A stretch of DNA of 64,000 nt from Candidatus Obscuribacteraceae bacterium (GTDB lineage Bacteria > Cyanobacteriota > Vampirovibrionia > Obscuribacterales > Obscuribacteraceae), in the NCBI GenBank assembly GCA_044226015.1, contig JBGAHS010000001.1, forward strand, positions 480,001 through 544,000, written 5' to 3'. Positions 9,259 through 19,656 of the stretch are shown in pieces. Position 1 is the first letter of the stretch; every line of letters begins with the position of its first letter. The notes under the pieces were generated by a model. It ran no database searches. It saw only the letters and a program-made list of their open reading frames with translations, and was not told the DNA's origin. Made by a program: the position numbers and the translations under genes.

Positions 9259-11403
9259 TTACTGCGTAGTTGGGCTGAACTCGGTAAACGCATTGAATGG
9301 AATTGATTTGCCTTGTGATGCCAGGGCTTGCGTCAAGATTTCCATGTTGAATGAATGTACGCCATGGGTCAAGCTGTATGTGTCCATCAAGTTGCCTTCT
9401 ATGCGCTGAAGGTTTTCCGCTGCGAGCTTTTCTGCCACCTCGAACTTTCCTTCTTTTAGAAATGCAAACGCAATTTCGGCATCGAGTTGGCTCGAATACG
9501 TTGCAGGAATTTTGTTGAGATCAGAATCGAGAGCTTTTGCCTTCTTTAGCTCTTTAATTGCTTTCTCGTACTGACCACTGTTCAAATAAATTGAAGCGAT
9601 ATTCCGATGAGCCATAATCATTGATTCAAAATCAGGATTTTCCGCTTTGCTTAAGACATCCAGTATTACGCGGTGGTATGAAATAGCAGCAGCACTTTTG
9701 GGATTGAGCTGATAGTTCGTATACGCAGCTTCCCAGAGCATTTTGAGGTCACTCTCACAAAAGCTTCGCTTCAAAGTCTTCGCTGCTTTATTGAACCATG
9801 TTTCTGCTGCCTGATAGTCTGGCAGCGCCTGTGCGTTTTGCATCATTCCTGGAAAGGATGGATAAAGTTTGCGGCTGCTCAGTTCAAGGGTCTCACTGTT
9901 TCCCGTTGGATACCAGGTTGCAAAATCTCTTCTTGCGCCGAACTCGTCAAACATATCTCGCAAATATAGTTCGCCTACGAATGTCTGCAACTGTGCCATG
10001 TTGTGCTTAAATCTGTTGCCGCTTGCGAAGGGATGCTGCCAGGCGTATAAAAGAGCGGCTCGCTGTGCTTTGTCCTCTGCTTTATTTACATGGAACATTG
10101 CATGATCCATCTGCTTTCTATGCGGACCACGCCAGGGCATCATTTCCTGAGAGAACTGAGGAAATTCATTGAACGTTGCCATTGGTGGGGTCTCGTTCAT
10201 CAGATTGAGAGCATGCCCCATTTCTTGCTCTGCTTCGTGCTTTAGTCTAAAAGGCTCAGACTTAAAACCAGGTCCATACGCTAATGCTCCTACAACAACA
10301 CCTGCAAGAACTGTGTATGCTGCCATTATTCTTACTTTGCGTTTTTGGAACATTTCCTTCTTTCCGACCTTCAGCGCTTTTCTCTCAGTTTCTTGCTGCG
10401 CTGTTTTTCCGTTGTCTGCCAGACCTGGCAAATTGGAAAGATCGTTTGCTGCAAGTTCAAGATCTAATTCGAGATCTTCTATTGCAAAATAGCGAGCGCT
10501 CCTGTTTTTTTCAAGGCACTTCATCAACACTCTTTCGATAGAATCTGATATTTGCCAGCCTGATTCTTTCAATTTTGAAGGCTTCAAATTCAGTTGTCGC
10601 AGAATAGCGTGCACCTGGCTATGCCCGCCAACCAATGGGCTGCCTGTTAATGCTTCATGCATTACAAGCCCCATAGAATAAATGTCTGAACGTGCATCCA
10701 GTGCAAAGCTCAGGCACTGTTCGGGGCTCATGTAATTAGGACAACCATCTTTGCTCGACAGCTTCAGATATTCCAGTCGTTCAACTTCTGTCAAAGCGCC
10801 GGCGATGCCGTAGTCAACGACTTTGATGAAATCATGCGAAGTGAATTCGAGGTCTTTGGTATCAACAAGAAAAATATTTCCGGGTTTCAAATCTCCGTGC
10901 ACAATATTGTGATGATGCAAGCTTTTCAAGGCTTGAGTCAATTGTCGAAATATATCGATGAAGCGCTGACCTTGAAGCAGTTCACCGGCGGCAATCATGT
11001 CTTTGAGGGTCTTGCCTTTTATGTGATCGGTCACTATGTAAATTGAGCCATCTTTAGTGCGTCCGCAATCATATATGGTGGCAAGGTATGGATTGCTAAC
11101 CTGCGAAGCGGCTCTCAGTGAATTTAGTAGACGCGTTGCTGCAGCTTCGGTGCGATAGAGATCTTGAGAGATTATTTTGAGAGCAAAGCTGCCGTTTAGT
11201 TTGTCATTCTTTGCCTGGTAGATTCGTGATGCTGACCCTTCGGCAATCAAGTCACCAAGTTCAAAATCACCAACCATTTTGCGTGATGCTGCCTCGGGTT
11301 TCGCTACTTCGTTCGAGCCCTCAGGTGCTTCTTTGATCTCAACATTCTCGACGAGGGTGACCTCAACCACTTCAACCTTTTCCTCGATCGTGCTATCTCC
11401 CAT
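9259..11403 (-). CDS. membrane Ser/Thr protein kinase (non-RD) with extracytoplasmic TPR-like region
   Basis: FALK, HGDLKPGN, DYG, YMSPEQ, SDIYSMG; TM segment IMAAYTVLAGVVVGALAYG; TPR-like C-terminus; SD AGGAG before ATG at 11403. Confidence 0.9.
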   Translation of the reverse strand: MGDSTIEEKVEVVEVTLVENVEIKEAPEGSNEVAKPEAASRKMVGDFELGDLIAEGSASRIYQAKNDKLNGSFALKIISQDLYRTEAAATRLLNSLRAASQVSNPYLATIYDCGRTKDGSIYIVTDHIKGKTLKDMIAAGELLQGQRFIDIFRQLTQALKSLHHHNIVHGDLKPGNIFLVDTKDLEFTSHDFIKVVDYGIAGALTEVERLEYLKLSSKDGCPNYMSPEQCLSFALDARSDIYSMGLVMHEALTGSPLVGGHSQVHAILRQLNLKPSKLKESGWQISDSIERVLMKCLEKNRSARYFAIEDLELDLELAANDLSNLPGLADNGKTAQQETERKALKVGKKEMFQKRKVRIMAAYTVLAGVVVGALAYGPGFKSEPFRLKHEAEQEMGHALNLMNETPPMATFNEFPQFSQEMMPWRGPHRKQMDHAMFHVNKAEDKAQRAALLYAWQHPFASGNRFKHNMAQLQTFVGELYLRDMFDEFGARRDFATWYPTGNSETLELSSRKLYPSFPGMMQNAQALPDYQAAETWFNKAAKTLKRSFCESDLKMLWEAAYTNYQLNPKSAAAISYHRVILDVLSKAENPDFESMIMAHRNIASIYLNSGQYEKAIKELKKAKALDSDLNKIPATYSSQLDAEIAFAFLKEGKFEVAEKLAAENLQRIEGNLMDTYSLTHGVHSFNMEILTQALASQGKSIPFNAFTEFSPTTQ

Positions 11404-11427
11404 AGTACACTCCTGACTGCAAACAAA

Positions 11428-11458
11428 AAGCAAGGCATGAATTTATTATGCCCTGCTT
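11428..11458 (-). terminator. intrinsic terminator after the TPR-dacB-Zn-protein run
   Basis: AAGCAAGGCAT...ATGCCCTGCTT stem with a T-rich tail on the minus strand. Confidence 0.55.
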
Positions 11459-11490
11459 CCAAATTATGCGCTCTAGCCGTGGATTAAATG

Positions 11491-11724
11491 CTAATCCTCG
11501 ACATAATTATCCCAATATTCGGTACGTTCTTTCCACGAACAGCCTTCATTGCCGCATATGAGAGTAACCACCGAGCTGCTCGACTCCGTGTGCGAGTCAC
11601 CTGCGCCATCCCAGACAGAATCCATTTTTTCGACATATTTGTCGAATTGCTTCACGGGCTTGGCACATTTGGGACAAATCAATTTTTCGTCTTTGATTAT
11701 TTGCTTGAATGATGCGAGCGACAA
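11491..11724 (-). CDS. small Zn-ribbon-like protein
   Basis: 77 aa with CPKC and CGNEGC; SD AAGGAG overlaps the dacB stop. Confidence 0.7.
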   Translation of the reverse strand: MSLASFKQIIKDEKLICPKCAKPVKQFDKYVEKMDSVWDGAGDSHTESSSSVVTLICGNEGCSWKERTEYWDNYVED

Positions 11725-11736
11725 ATCTAATTCTCC

Positions 11737-13413
11737 TTAGTGTGTTTTGTGTCGTTTGTGTTTTTTTTGACTCGAAGCGGCTGCGTGTTTGATGGGCGTC
11801 GTCTTTTTTGGGGCGGCGGCAGTTTTGCCACTTCGCGAAGCGCCCTTATTTGGAGTAATTACTATTGTATGAACTGGTACCGTAGGCAATCTGAGTGAGC
11901 CAAGAGATTGCAACCTATTTATCATGCCAGTCATGCTTGAGCGGACGTCACGAATTGATGGACTGTGGTCGTTCACCATTACCGTCACCGCCAGAGGCTC
12001 TCCGGCTGCAGTAAACAAAATTCCGGAAATTGCTCTTACGCAGTCCATGGTTCCCGTCTTGTAGTGGAAAGTGCCATTGACGGCATCTTCTTCCCCATAA
12101 TGCGGCATCACGTCAATGTATGTACTTTTTAGCAAAGCACCTGCCATGTGACGATGTACAAGATTTAGCGAATGCGGTGTAAAACAATCTTTCCTGGATA
12201 GACCGCATCCATCCCAGAGCAGAACCTCAGCAGGAGCGACTCCCATGGCGAGCAGCCATTGGTTGAGGCGAGCCAGACCACGCTCTTCCAATGTAGCTTT
12301 TTCAACTCCTTTTGAAACAGCCGGAAGGTTCCCGACCGTTCGCAGTAGCTGTTGTGCGTACAGATTGTCGCTTTCTTTAAGGCAGTGTTTTATTATTTCG
12401 AACAGTGGTTTAGAGTGGTGCTCTGCAATTACTGTAGGTGGGCTTTCCATCACCTCAACTGGTATGGTTTTTTCTTTTACTTTGATGCCCATTTGCTTAA
12501 CCAGGCTTTGGACTATCGCCAGGTTGTATTCCAGCGGATTGCCGACGATCTGTCCGCCGACCAGGGGACCATCGGGATGCCAGAATTGCATGGTCTTGCT
12601 GCCAGGGTGAAAGCATAACCAGGCAGGTCCATCAGGAGAGCGCAGGGCTGAAGATACTATAGCGTTCTGGTCGCGCCCCACCGTATATGGTATCAGTGGG
12701 TAACCGCGCGCTGGGTCTTTTCTGGCTATATTGTCGTCAACAACAAAATCTGTTGGGACTGGCATCCAGTCCTGTCCCCAGTCTTCTACTAACCACTGTG
12801 AGCAGAAGCGATCGCCACCACCAGGAATACCAACGATGTCGACCTTTCCTTCAATGGATTTAATGCCTTTTGCCTGCAAGACGTTAAGCATTTCGCGAAT
12901 GTCTTGAGTCTTTAATGTAGGGTCTTGCGACGGTTCGATAAAGAGAGAACCGTTTAGATGACTGCCTTCAATCTTTCCGTAGATTAGCAATTTCGTTGTG
13001 TATGTATAGTTTGGACCAAGCATGTCCATTGCGCAGGCCGTGCTAAACACTTTGGTTGTAGAGGCTGGCACAAACCGTTTGCTGCCGTTATGCGAAAAAA
13101 GAACTGTGGCAGACGGTATGTGCATTATTTCCAAACCGACCTGCGAACGGGCGAGTTCAGGGCGACGAAGCCATGCATTTGCCACTTCCTCTATCGGTTT
13201 GAGATTTGCTGGAGGTTCATTTGCATGTGTCTTCTTGCCTGCTTCTTGCGCAACTGCTGTGGATGAGCTCGCTTGCGCCAGAGCGTCAACGTCAGACCAG
13301 GCTGGCTCGGTCAGCGAAAATGTTGTAGCAATAAAAATAAGACTCAACGGAATTCGAGCACCGACTCGAGGTTTTAAAATTCCCTGGATGAGTTTCCTGA
13401 TGACTCTTTGCAT
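11737..13413 (-). CDS. dacB: D-alanyl-D-alanine carboxypeptidase/endopeptidase (PBP4, peptidase S13)
   Basis: SxxK (PASTTK), SDN and KTG motifs, DGCGLSR; signal peptide; Lys/His-rich tail. Confidence 0.9.
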   Translation of the reverse strand: MQRVIRKLIQGILKPRVGARIPLSLIFIATTFSLTEPAWSDVDALAQASSSTAVAQEAGKKTHANEPPANLKPIEEVANAWLRRPELARSQVGLEIMHIPSATVLFSHNGSKRFVPASTTKVFSTACAMDMLGPNYTYTTKLLIYGKIEGSHLNGSLFIEPSQDPTLKTQDIREMLNVLQAKGIKSIEGKVDIVGIPGGGDRFCSQWLVEDWGQDWMPVPTDFVVDDNIARKDPARGYPLIPYTVGRDQNAIVSSALRSPDGPAWLCFHPGSKTMQFWHPDGPLVGGQIVGNPLEYNLAIVQSLVKQMGIKVKEKTIPVEVMESPPTVIAEHHSKPLFEIIKHCLKESDNLYAQQLLRTVGNLPAVSKGVEKATLEERGLARLNQWLLAMGVAPAEVLLWDGCGLSRKDCFTPHSLNLVHRHMAGALLKSTYIDVMPHYGEEDAVNGTFHYKTGTMDCVRAISGILFTAAGEPLAVTVMVNDHSPSIRDVRSSMTGMINRLQSLGSLRLPTVPVHTIVITPNKGASRSGKTAAAPKKTTPIKHAAASSQKKHKRHKTH

Positions 13414-14627
13414 GCGCTCGTGGTGCCTCTAATCGAACTAGCCCGTTGCCTTATCTTAGCTGCTTCAGAACTGTTATTGCTCTTTTCCAAAGATTCTGCA
13501 TAAGAATCTAATAGCGGTCCTAACGTCGCGCTTTGTGGTCCGTATATGCTTTCGTTAACTGCTACTGCAGTTTTTAGAAGTGGGGCTGCTTCAGCATAAC
13601 GTCCCTGCTTCATGTAGAGTGAAGCTAGTGATGATGATGCCTGTCCGAAGTCTCGACTCTTCGTGCCACCATTCTCTTTTATCAGGTCGATTGCCTGTTT
13701 GTAGAGTGATTCGGCCTGCGAATATTGCCCTAAGCTGATGTAGTTATGTGCCACATTATCCAGGCGACTGAAGACTTCGGGTCGCTTTACGTCTAGTGTC
13801 TTCTTTGTTATCTCTAGCGACTGTTCAAAAAGCGGTTTAGCTTGCGCGGTCTTTCCTTGCAATGCATAGAGGTTGGCCAGATTTTCATAACCAAATGCCA
13901 GTGCCATATGCCCTGGCACCAGAGTTTTCTCCCTCAGGTCTAAAGCGCGTTTGTACATTTGTTCTGCAAGGGCAAGATTGCCCTTTTCTTTGTAAGCTGC
14001 TGCAATGCCGTCAAGACTGGCTGCGAGTTCGAGATGATCGTCAGCTCGGACTTTTTGAGCGGTTTCTTTTGCTGTCTTGAGCTTTTTTTCCGCCTCGCTG
14101 TATTCGTTATGAGTACTGAAGAACTTATGTAATTCTGCAAAGTGAGCATCTATTTGGGATTCTTCGCGCTGAATTCGCTCGCCATAGTTCAACAACAATT
14201 TGCTCAATCTATCGGCCTTAGCCTGATTGTTGTGGAGCAAATAGGCTCGGCAAAGTCTTCCAACCAGGGCCAGAACCTGTGGGTTCTCTGCGCCCATTTG
14301 TTTTTCTCTGGCGCGAAGTTCCTTTTCCAGATAAAACTCATTTTTCTGGAAATTGCCTCTGACTTCGTAGAGCGCAGATAAATCCTTATAAATCTGAGCC
14401 CAGCGACTGTCAGCTGGGGAGAAACTCTGTGACTCCGCAGACTTGATCGCAGCCAGATAATTGCGCTCGGCTAGCCCATAATTGTTTGCAGCATAAGCCT
14501 TTTCTCCTGCATCTCGCAGGGATTCGAACGTACCGGTAAGCGCTGGCTCACCTGTCGCCGCTTGGACGGCGGAAGATGAGCATGCTATTGCAGTCAATGA
14601 TAGGAGGTACCTATGTACGAGGTACAT
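13374..14627 (-). CDS. secreted tetratricopeptide repeat protein
   Basis: Signal peptide followed by kinesin-light-chain-type TPR repeats (AEQMYKRAL, AESLYKQAI). Confidence 0.88.
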   Translation of the reverse strand: MYLVHRYLLSLTAIACSSSAVQAATGEPALTGTFESLRDAGEKAYAANNYGLAERNYLAAIKSAESQSFSPADSRWAQIYKDLSALYEVRGNFQKNEFYLEKELRAREKQMGAENPQVLALVGRLCRAYLLHNNQAKADRLSKLLLNYGERIQREESQIDAHFAELHKFFSTHNEYSEAEKKLKTAKETAQKVRADDHLELAASLDGIAAAYKEKGNLALAEQMYKRALDLREKTLVPGHMALAFGYENLANLYALQGKTAQAKPLFEQSLEITKKTLDVKRPEVFSRLDNVAHNYISLGQYSQAESLYKQAIDLIKENGGTKSRDFGQASSSLASLYMKQGRYAEAAPLLKTAVAVNESIYGPQSATLGPLLDSYAESLEKSNNSSEAAKIRQRASSIRGTTSACKESSGNSSREF

Positions 14628-14791
14628 ATTTAATGATGCTCCCGTTTGGGCTTGTCAATTTTATCACTGGTCTGTGTAGATTTAACCTGGCACTGCGTAG
14701 GCTCACCTTGACAAAGGTACTTGAAAACAACATCATAAAGGCTTAAAACAGCTGTCCCGCTTACTACAAAAACCGCAAACGACTTTAATTT

Positions 14792-17287
14792 ATGGCTGAA
14801 GTAGACGATAAACCCGCAACAAAAGCGCCTGAACACAAGGCGGAAGCTCCTTCTGACGAACATAAAGAAGATGAGCACAAGTCTGGCACGACGAATGATC
14901 GTGTCGAGAACAAATCTACTGACCCGGTTGAGTCGTCTGGCAAACTGCTTTCTGAGATTTCAAAACAAGACTGGCAGACCCTCGGGCTCAAAGAATTCGC
15001 TCGTGCAGCAGGTTCTGAAGCTCGTTCAATTCTGAGTGGATTTGGGGTCGAGCAGAAAAAGACCGAAGCTCCTCAAACTGCGCTGGATAAAGTCTTCAAG
15101 TTCGATTTTTCGGGAGCCCTCGACTTTAGCAACTGGAAAAACCCGTTTGACAGTGGTCACCATGTCAAAGACCAGGGCGAAATGGGCTTTAATATGAACA
15201 GCATCGGCAACACGATGCGTGATTTCGGCGCCGGAGTTTACACACCCGATCAGATTGCCGCCATGGGTTTCAACTTTCCGAAAGCGGACAGCTCGTTCGG
15301 ATGGGACGGCCACCAGGGTAAGCGCGGTGGATGGGACAGATTCCACGGTGGGTGGAAAGACGATGGCGATTCAAATCGCAGCGGACTCTCCTTCGGTGAC
15401 ACTTCGATTTTCAACAATCTTGATGTCAGCCGTACTGGCGACGTCAACCTCTCATCGAGTCTTTCAACTAGCTTCTATGACAAATTAAACACCGACTCAA
15501 TCGCAAAAACAGTCACCAGTGGGTTCTCTTCAGTGTGGAACACCATCTCAGACTGGGGCGGCAAAGCGTGGGATGGCGTTAAGACACTCGGCAATGCCGT
15601 TATCGATTTCGATTTCGCTGGCTCAAAACATGAGACCTTGACCGGAAGAGATGGCAATGTGGAAGTTGTTACTGATCGAAACGGTAACAAGCTGATTGGC
15701 ACTGAAAAATTCAACATGACCCAGTCAGCCGGCGGCAAGGATGATCCCAAAGATGCTTCGGTAAGCACTAAAGATGGTCTCCACACAATCGAACATAAAG
15801 CTGATGGCACCGATGTAGCAAGCAGCAAGAATTCTGACCTGGTAATTCACCGAAATAATCAAACCGGTAAGGTCGAGGCTCTAGATAAGTCTGGAAAGCC
15901 GATTGCTACCTTTGACGATAAGGGTGATGCGCTCAGGTTCTTTAAAAATTCAGTCACAGAGGTTGTTCCTGCTGGAACGAATCTGGATACTGCTTATCAG
16001 CAGTACATGAGCAATCTTGATGCGGAAATCAAAAAGGACCCTGCTAAGGCTGCAATGAAAGATTTGCCTGTCCTTTTGATGGATGGAAATGGCGAGTCGT
16101 TGACCGTTCGTCCGGACGGAACAAAATTGTATACGCATGATGGTGGCAAGTCTGAAATGATAATGCCGCATATGGATGCGCAAACAAAGGAATCCAAGCC
16201 ACTAGAAGTACGAATCAGCAAAGATGCAAATGGTAACGAGCACCTGACCATCGGAACTCAGGGCGGCAAGCAATTTGAGTTGAATTCAGAAGAAGCCAGA
16301 CGGCTCATGGCGAATTCTCGCTTCAAGCTGGGTCCCGACGGACAGCTGCAAGTAAATGATGATAGCAGCGGACATCCTGAGCGCGGACAGTGGGCTAATG
16401 TCATCGACCCTGCAAACAAGCATAGACTTCACATCTTCCATGGTGGTGATATAGATTTGCGTACGGGTGTTGCCACCATTAATGATGGCAGCGTAGTTGC
16501 TGTGCTCACTCCAAATCATGGAGATAAGGGCGGCGTCACTGATAAAGAATTCAAAGTTCAAGCTGATGGAACTGTTGATAAAACGCCTACACAGGTGATT
16601 ACTGTTGACGGAAAAGGCAACAACACTATAGAGAAGATTGACCCGACCACAGGGCAACCGATTAAAGATGAAACCGTCAAAATGCACATGCATCCAGACG
16701 GCACCTCTGACGTGAGAATCGGCGACCATACAGTGATGGATCGGAACAGCGTGAGCTTGCTCAATCCCGATGGCACCAAGGCTACTATTGATGGACGCGG
16801 CAACATCGATATGTTCGACCACGAAGGAAACAAGACGTTCTCCTCCGATGGCGATTCAGTATACTATGATGGTCACAAAACCTACGAACAGTGGCTTCAC
16901 AGTTACAACTCTGAAAAAGCAGAAGATGCAATCAATCAGGCTACAGCTACAGCTGCGATAGTTGATGGAATGGCAGCTGCTTTAGCTGGTTCACTCAATA
17001 TAGATGCTTCGCAGATTGATGCACTTGAGCAATTGCTTGCAGGAGTTGTTGGAAATCTGCCACCAGGTATTCCGTTGCCTCCGCAAGTTAGCGCTGCGCG
17101 TGCTTCGATTGCAGCGGCTCGTGCGCGTGACAATCAAGATAACAATGTAGATAGAAACACTTTAGCTGTTGCTGGTGTTGAAAATCCTGGTTTGCTCAAA
17201 CTTGCTCGTGAAGCTGGAACGACTGATCCCTTCAAGGCTGCAAGATACGCTCTAAAAGCAGAAGGCTATAAAGTCGAAGACGCTTAG
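14792..17287 (+). CDS. large hypothetical protein (charged N-terminus, beta-hairpin-rich core, Ala-rich helical C-terminus)
   Basis: 831-aa ORF with many DG/PDG turns; no recognised family. Confidence 0.8.
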   Translation: MAEVDDKPATKAPEHKAEAPSDEHKEDEHKSGTTNDRVENKSTDPVESSGKLLSEISKQDWQTLGLKEFARAAGSEARSILSGFGVEQKKTEAPQTALDKVFKFDFSGALDFSNWKNPFDSGHHVKDQGEMGFNMNSIGNTMRDFGAGVYTPDQIAAMGFNFPKADSSFGWDGHQGKRGGWDRFHGGWKDDGDSNRSGLSFGDTSIFNNLDVSRTGDVNLSSSLSTSFYDKLNTDSIAKTVTSGFSSVWNTISDWGGKAWDGVKTLGNAVIDFDFAGSKHETLTGRDGNVEVVTDRNGNKLIGTEKFNMTQSAGGKDDPKDASVSTKDGLHTIEHKADGTDVASSKNSDLVIHRNNQTGKVEALDKSGKPIATFDDKGDALRFFKNSVTEVVPAGTNLDTAYQQYMSNLDAEIKKDPAKAAMKDLPVLLMDGNGESLTVRPDGTKLYTHDGGKSEMIMPHMDAQTKESKPLEVRISKDANGNEHLTIGTQGGKQFELNSEEARRLMANSRFKLGPDGQLQVNDDSSGHPERGQWANVIDPANKHRLHIFHGGDIDLRTGVATINDGSVVAVLTPNHGDKGGVTDKEFKVQADGTVDKTPTQVITVDGKGNNTIEKIDPTTGQPIKDETVKMHMHPDGTSDVRIGDHTVMDRNSVSLLNPDGTKATIDGRGNIDMFDHEGNKTFSSDGDSVYYDGHKTYEQWLHSYNSEKAEDAINQATATAAIVDGMAAALAGSLNIDASQIDALEQLLAGVVGNLPPGIPLPPQVSAARASIAAARARDNQDNNVDRNTLAVAGVENPGLLKLAREAGTTDPFKAARYALKAEGYKVEDA

Positions 17288-18645
17288 ATCGGAATGCGCG
17301 AAAGGTCTTCCATCAGCTCGTCCATGGTCTGGTATCGCTCTTCTGCGTTTTTTTCGAGTGCCTTTCGCACAATGTACTCAAATTCTGAGGGTATATTCAA
17401 ATCTGGTCTGCGCTCTTTGAAGCGAGGCGGTTCTGCGCTGAGTTGCATTTGAAATGTATCTAGATCGTTCTCACCTTCAAACGGTGGAAGACCTGTCAGC
17501 GACTCGAACATGACGCAACCCAGGGAATAGATGTCTGAGCGCGCATCAACGTCTTTTCCTCGACACTGTTCTGGGCTCATGTACACACTCGTGCCAAAAA
17601 ACTCACCGGCTCTGGTGAGTCTTTCTGTCGGGTTTGAGCTGTCACTGACTAGTTTAGCGATTCCGAAATCAACTATTTTGACTGATTCTTCGCCCATGTG
17701 ATCATAGTCAATAATGATGTTGTTTGGCTTTATATCTCGATGAACAACTCCCATTTTGTGCGCGTGGCTCATTCCGGACGCTGTTTGCATGAAAATGCGC
17801 TTTGCTCGCGGAGGCTCGAGGCTGGGGTTTTCATCGAGGATGTCTTGTAAGCTTCTTCCGCCCAAGTAATCCATCACCATGTAAGGTTGCCCATCAGGTG
17901 TCATGCCGAAATCATGAACCACAATCACGTTAGGATGGCTCAGGCGACTCGCCGCTTGTGCTTCTTGCTGAAACCGTTTTACCGCGAGCTGCTGTCTGAC
18001 CAATCGTGGATCGAGTAGTTTGATTGCAACAATCTTGTTCATGAGCTTGTGTTTTGCTTTGTACACTACGCTCATTCCGCCGCTTCCGATGACCGATTCT
18101 ATTTCATAGCGCTCACCAAAAACTGCTCCGAGGGCCGGGTCTACTTTGTCTGTTTGAAGAACTTCGCCATCTTCATCGCAGCGCTCTTTTTCCAGCCCGT
18201 ATGAAAGTCCACATTCAGGGCAGCGTTTGTAAAAAATATCAGGGCGAGCTTGCGCGATCACCTGCTTGGTTGTTTCCACCATCGAACTCCGCCTCACCAT
18301 GGCTCTTACGCGAGCAGACAGCTCTTTCAAATGAAAGGGCTTTGTCAAATAATCGTCGGCGCCGGCATCAAACCCTTGCTCTTTGTCAGCCATATTGCCG
18401 CGTCCGGTGAGCATCAAAACAGGAGTCACTCCGCCAAAATCTCGAAAGCTTTTGCAAACCTCAATGCCAAGCATGCCTGGTAAATCCCAATCGAGAATGA
18501 CTATGTCATATTCACGAGATTTCAGTAGGTTCAGTGCTTCCAGCCCGTCATTGACGGCTTCTACGACATGTTCTTCGTGGCTCAACCACATATTCACGCG
18601 GTCGCAAAGATCTAGATCATCTTCGACAATCAAAACTCTTGGCAT
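17284..18645 (-). CDS. response-regulator receiver + Zn ribbon + Ser/Thr kinase fusion
   Basis: VLIVEDD, LDWDLPG and DDYLTKPF receiver motifs; CPEC...C; GSGGMSVVY, HRDIKPNN, DFG, YMSPEQ. Confidence 0.93.
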   Translation of the reverse strand: MPRVLIVEDDLDLCDRVNMWLSHEEHVVEAVNDGLEALNLLKSREYDIVILDWDLPGMLGIEVCKSFRDFGGVTPVLMLTGRGNMADKEQGFDAGADDYLTKPFHLKELSARVRAMVRRSSMVETTKQVIAQARPDIFYKRCPECGLSYGLEKERCDEDGEVLQTDKVDPALGAVFGERYEIESVIGSGGMSVVYKAKHKLMNKIVAIKLLDPRLVRQQLAVKRFQQEAQAASRLSHPNVIVVHDFGMTPDGQPYMVMDYLGGRSLQDILDENPSLEPPRAKRIFMQTASGMSHAHKMGVVHRDIKPNNIIIDYDHMGEESVKIVDFGIAKLVSDSSNPTERLTRAGEFFGTSVYMSPEQCRGKDVDARSDIYSLGCVMFESLTGLPPFEGENDLDTFQMQLSAEPPRFKERRPDLNIPSEFEYIVRKALEKNAEERYQTMDELMEDLSRIPI

Positions 18646-18677
18646 GACTTGGGCTCTCGGTTATCCTGCGCTGAGAA

Positions 18678-19367
18678 TTATATACCGCCTGTCGTCGTCG
18701 GTTTGTTCATAGCAAAGATTTTTTCCACTGGTATTTCATCTATCCTTGATAAGCTCAAGTCGGCGATGCTGTGATCTTGATGAGCTGTAGCTTCGCAAGG
18801 AATGGAGATGCAGAACATTCCCGCGGCTTTACCGGCAGTCAATCCGGTGATGGTGTCTTCTACAACCAGGCAATTTTCCGGAGCGACTTTAATTTGCTGA
18901 GCTGCAAGCAAGTAAACATCTGGAGCTGGCTTTCCATGTTTTACTTGATCGCCTGAGCACAGTGTTTTGAAATAATGGCGAATGTTTAGAGTATCAACTA
19001 CCAGGTTGATGGTGGGTAATGTTGCAGATGATGCCACTGCCATAGGAACCCCTAGATTTCTGGCTCTCTCCAACAAAGAAGCAACTCCAGGCCTTGCAAT
19101 CGCTTTTGAGGAGATAAGTTCCACCATGAGTTCCTCTTTGACATCTACAAACTGTGCTGGTGTCAAATCGAGTTTGAAACGGTCAATCAATATTTCAAAA
19201 ATCACGATGTCTTTCTTGCCGAGAAACTCGCGATTATCGTGTTCGTTATAGGCTATTTCGTAGCGTTGAAGCAGTTTTTGCATCGCCAGGAGGTGGAGCG
19301 GTTCACTATCAACAAGTACACCATCCATGTCGAAAATTATTGCTTTCAGTTCTTGCGGGTACATCAA
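18678..19367 (-). CDS. HAD superfamily hydrolase (beta-PGM/CbbY-like)
   Basis: FDMDGVLVDSE, KPAPDVY, VVEDT and AAGM motifs. Confidence 0.92.
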   Translation of the reverse strand: MMYPQELKAIIFDMDGVLVDSEPLHLLAMQKLLQRYEIAYNEHDNREFLGKKDIVIFEILIDRFKLDLTPAQFVDVKEELMVELISSKAIARPGVASLLERARNLGVPMAVASSATLPTINLVVDTLNIRHYFKTLCSGDQVKHGKPAPDVYLLAAQQIKVAPENCLVVEDTITGLTAGKAAGMFCISIPCEATAHQDHSIADLSLSRIDEIPVEKIFAMNKPTTTGGI

Positions 19368-19556
19368 TTTGCTGCCTATCTCAGGAAAATACTGTCCATA
19401 TTATCCCAGCAGAAAAGATGTTTTTTGAGATATTGTAAGTATTGAAAAATGTCTTCTGCTGTCACAAAATTGCCACGAAAGAAAAATACATTGATGTCAT
19501 CGAAAGCAAATTTGCTGACGAACAATTTTGTTACCGGTTGCGGGACCGGGGAAACA

Positions 19557-19595
19557 AGGGAGGGTCAACCAGCGATGGTTGACTTTTTTCCTTTT
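19557..19595 (+). terminator. intrinsic terminator inside a divergent intergenic region
   Basis: GGGTCAACCA-GCGA-TGGTTGACTT stem with a GNRA loop followed by a T run. Confidence 0.65.
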
Positions 19596-19641
19596 AAAAA
19601 CTTTCTGCAGAAAAGAAGCTTCAACTGCTTCTCTAAGTGAA

Positions 19642-19656
19642 ACAAAAATTCCACAA
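19642..19656 (+). promoter_or_regulatory. 15-bp motif shared upstream of the two paralogous large genes (copy 1)
   Basis: ACAAAAATTCCACAA is identical to 22271-22285 and begins 159 bp before the ATG at 19801. Confidence 0.55.
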
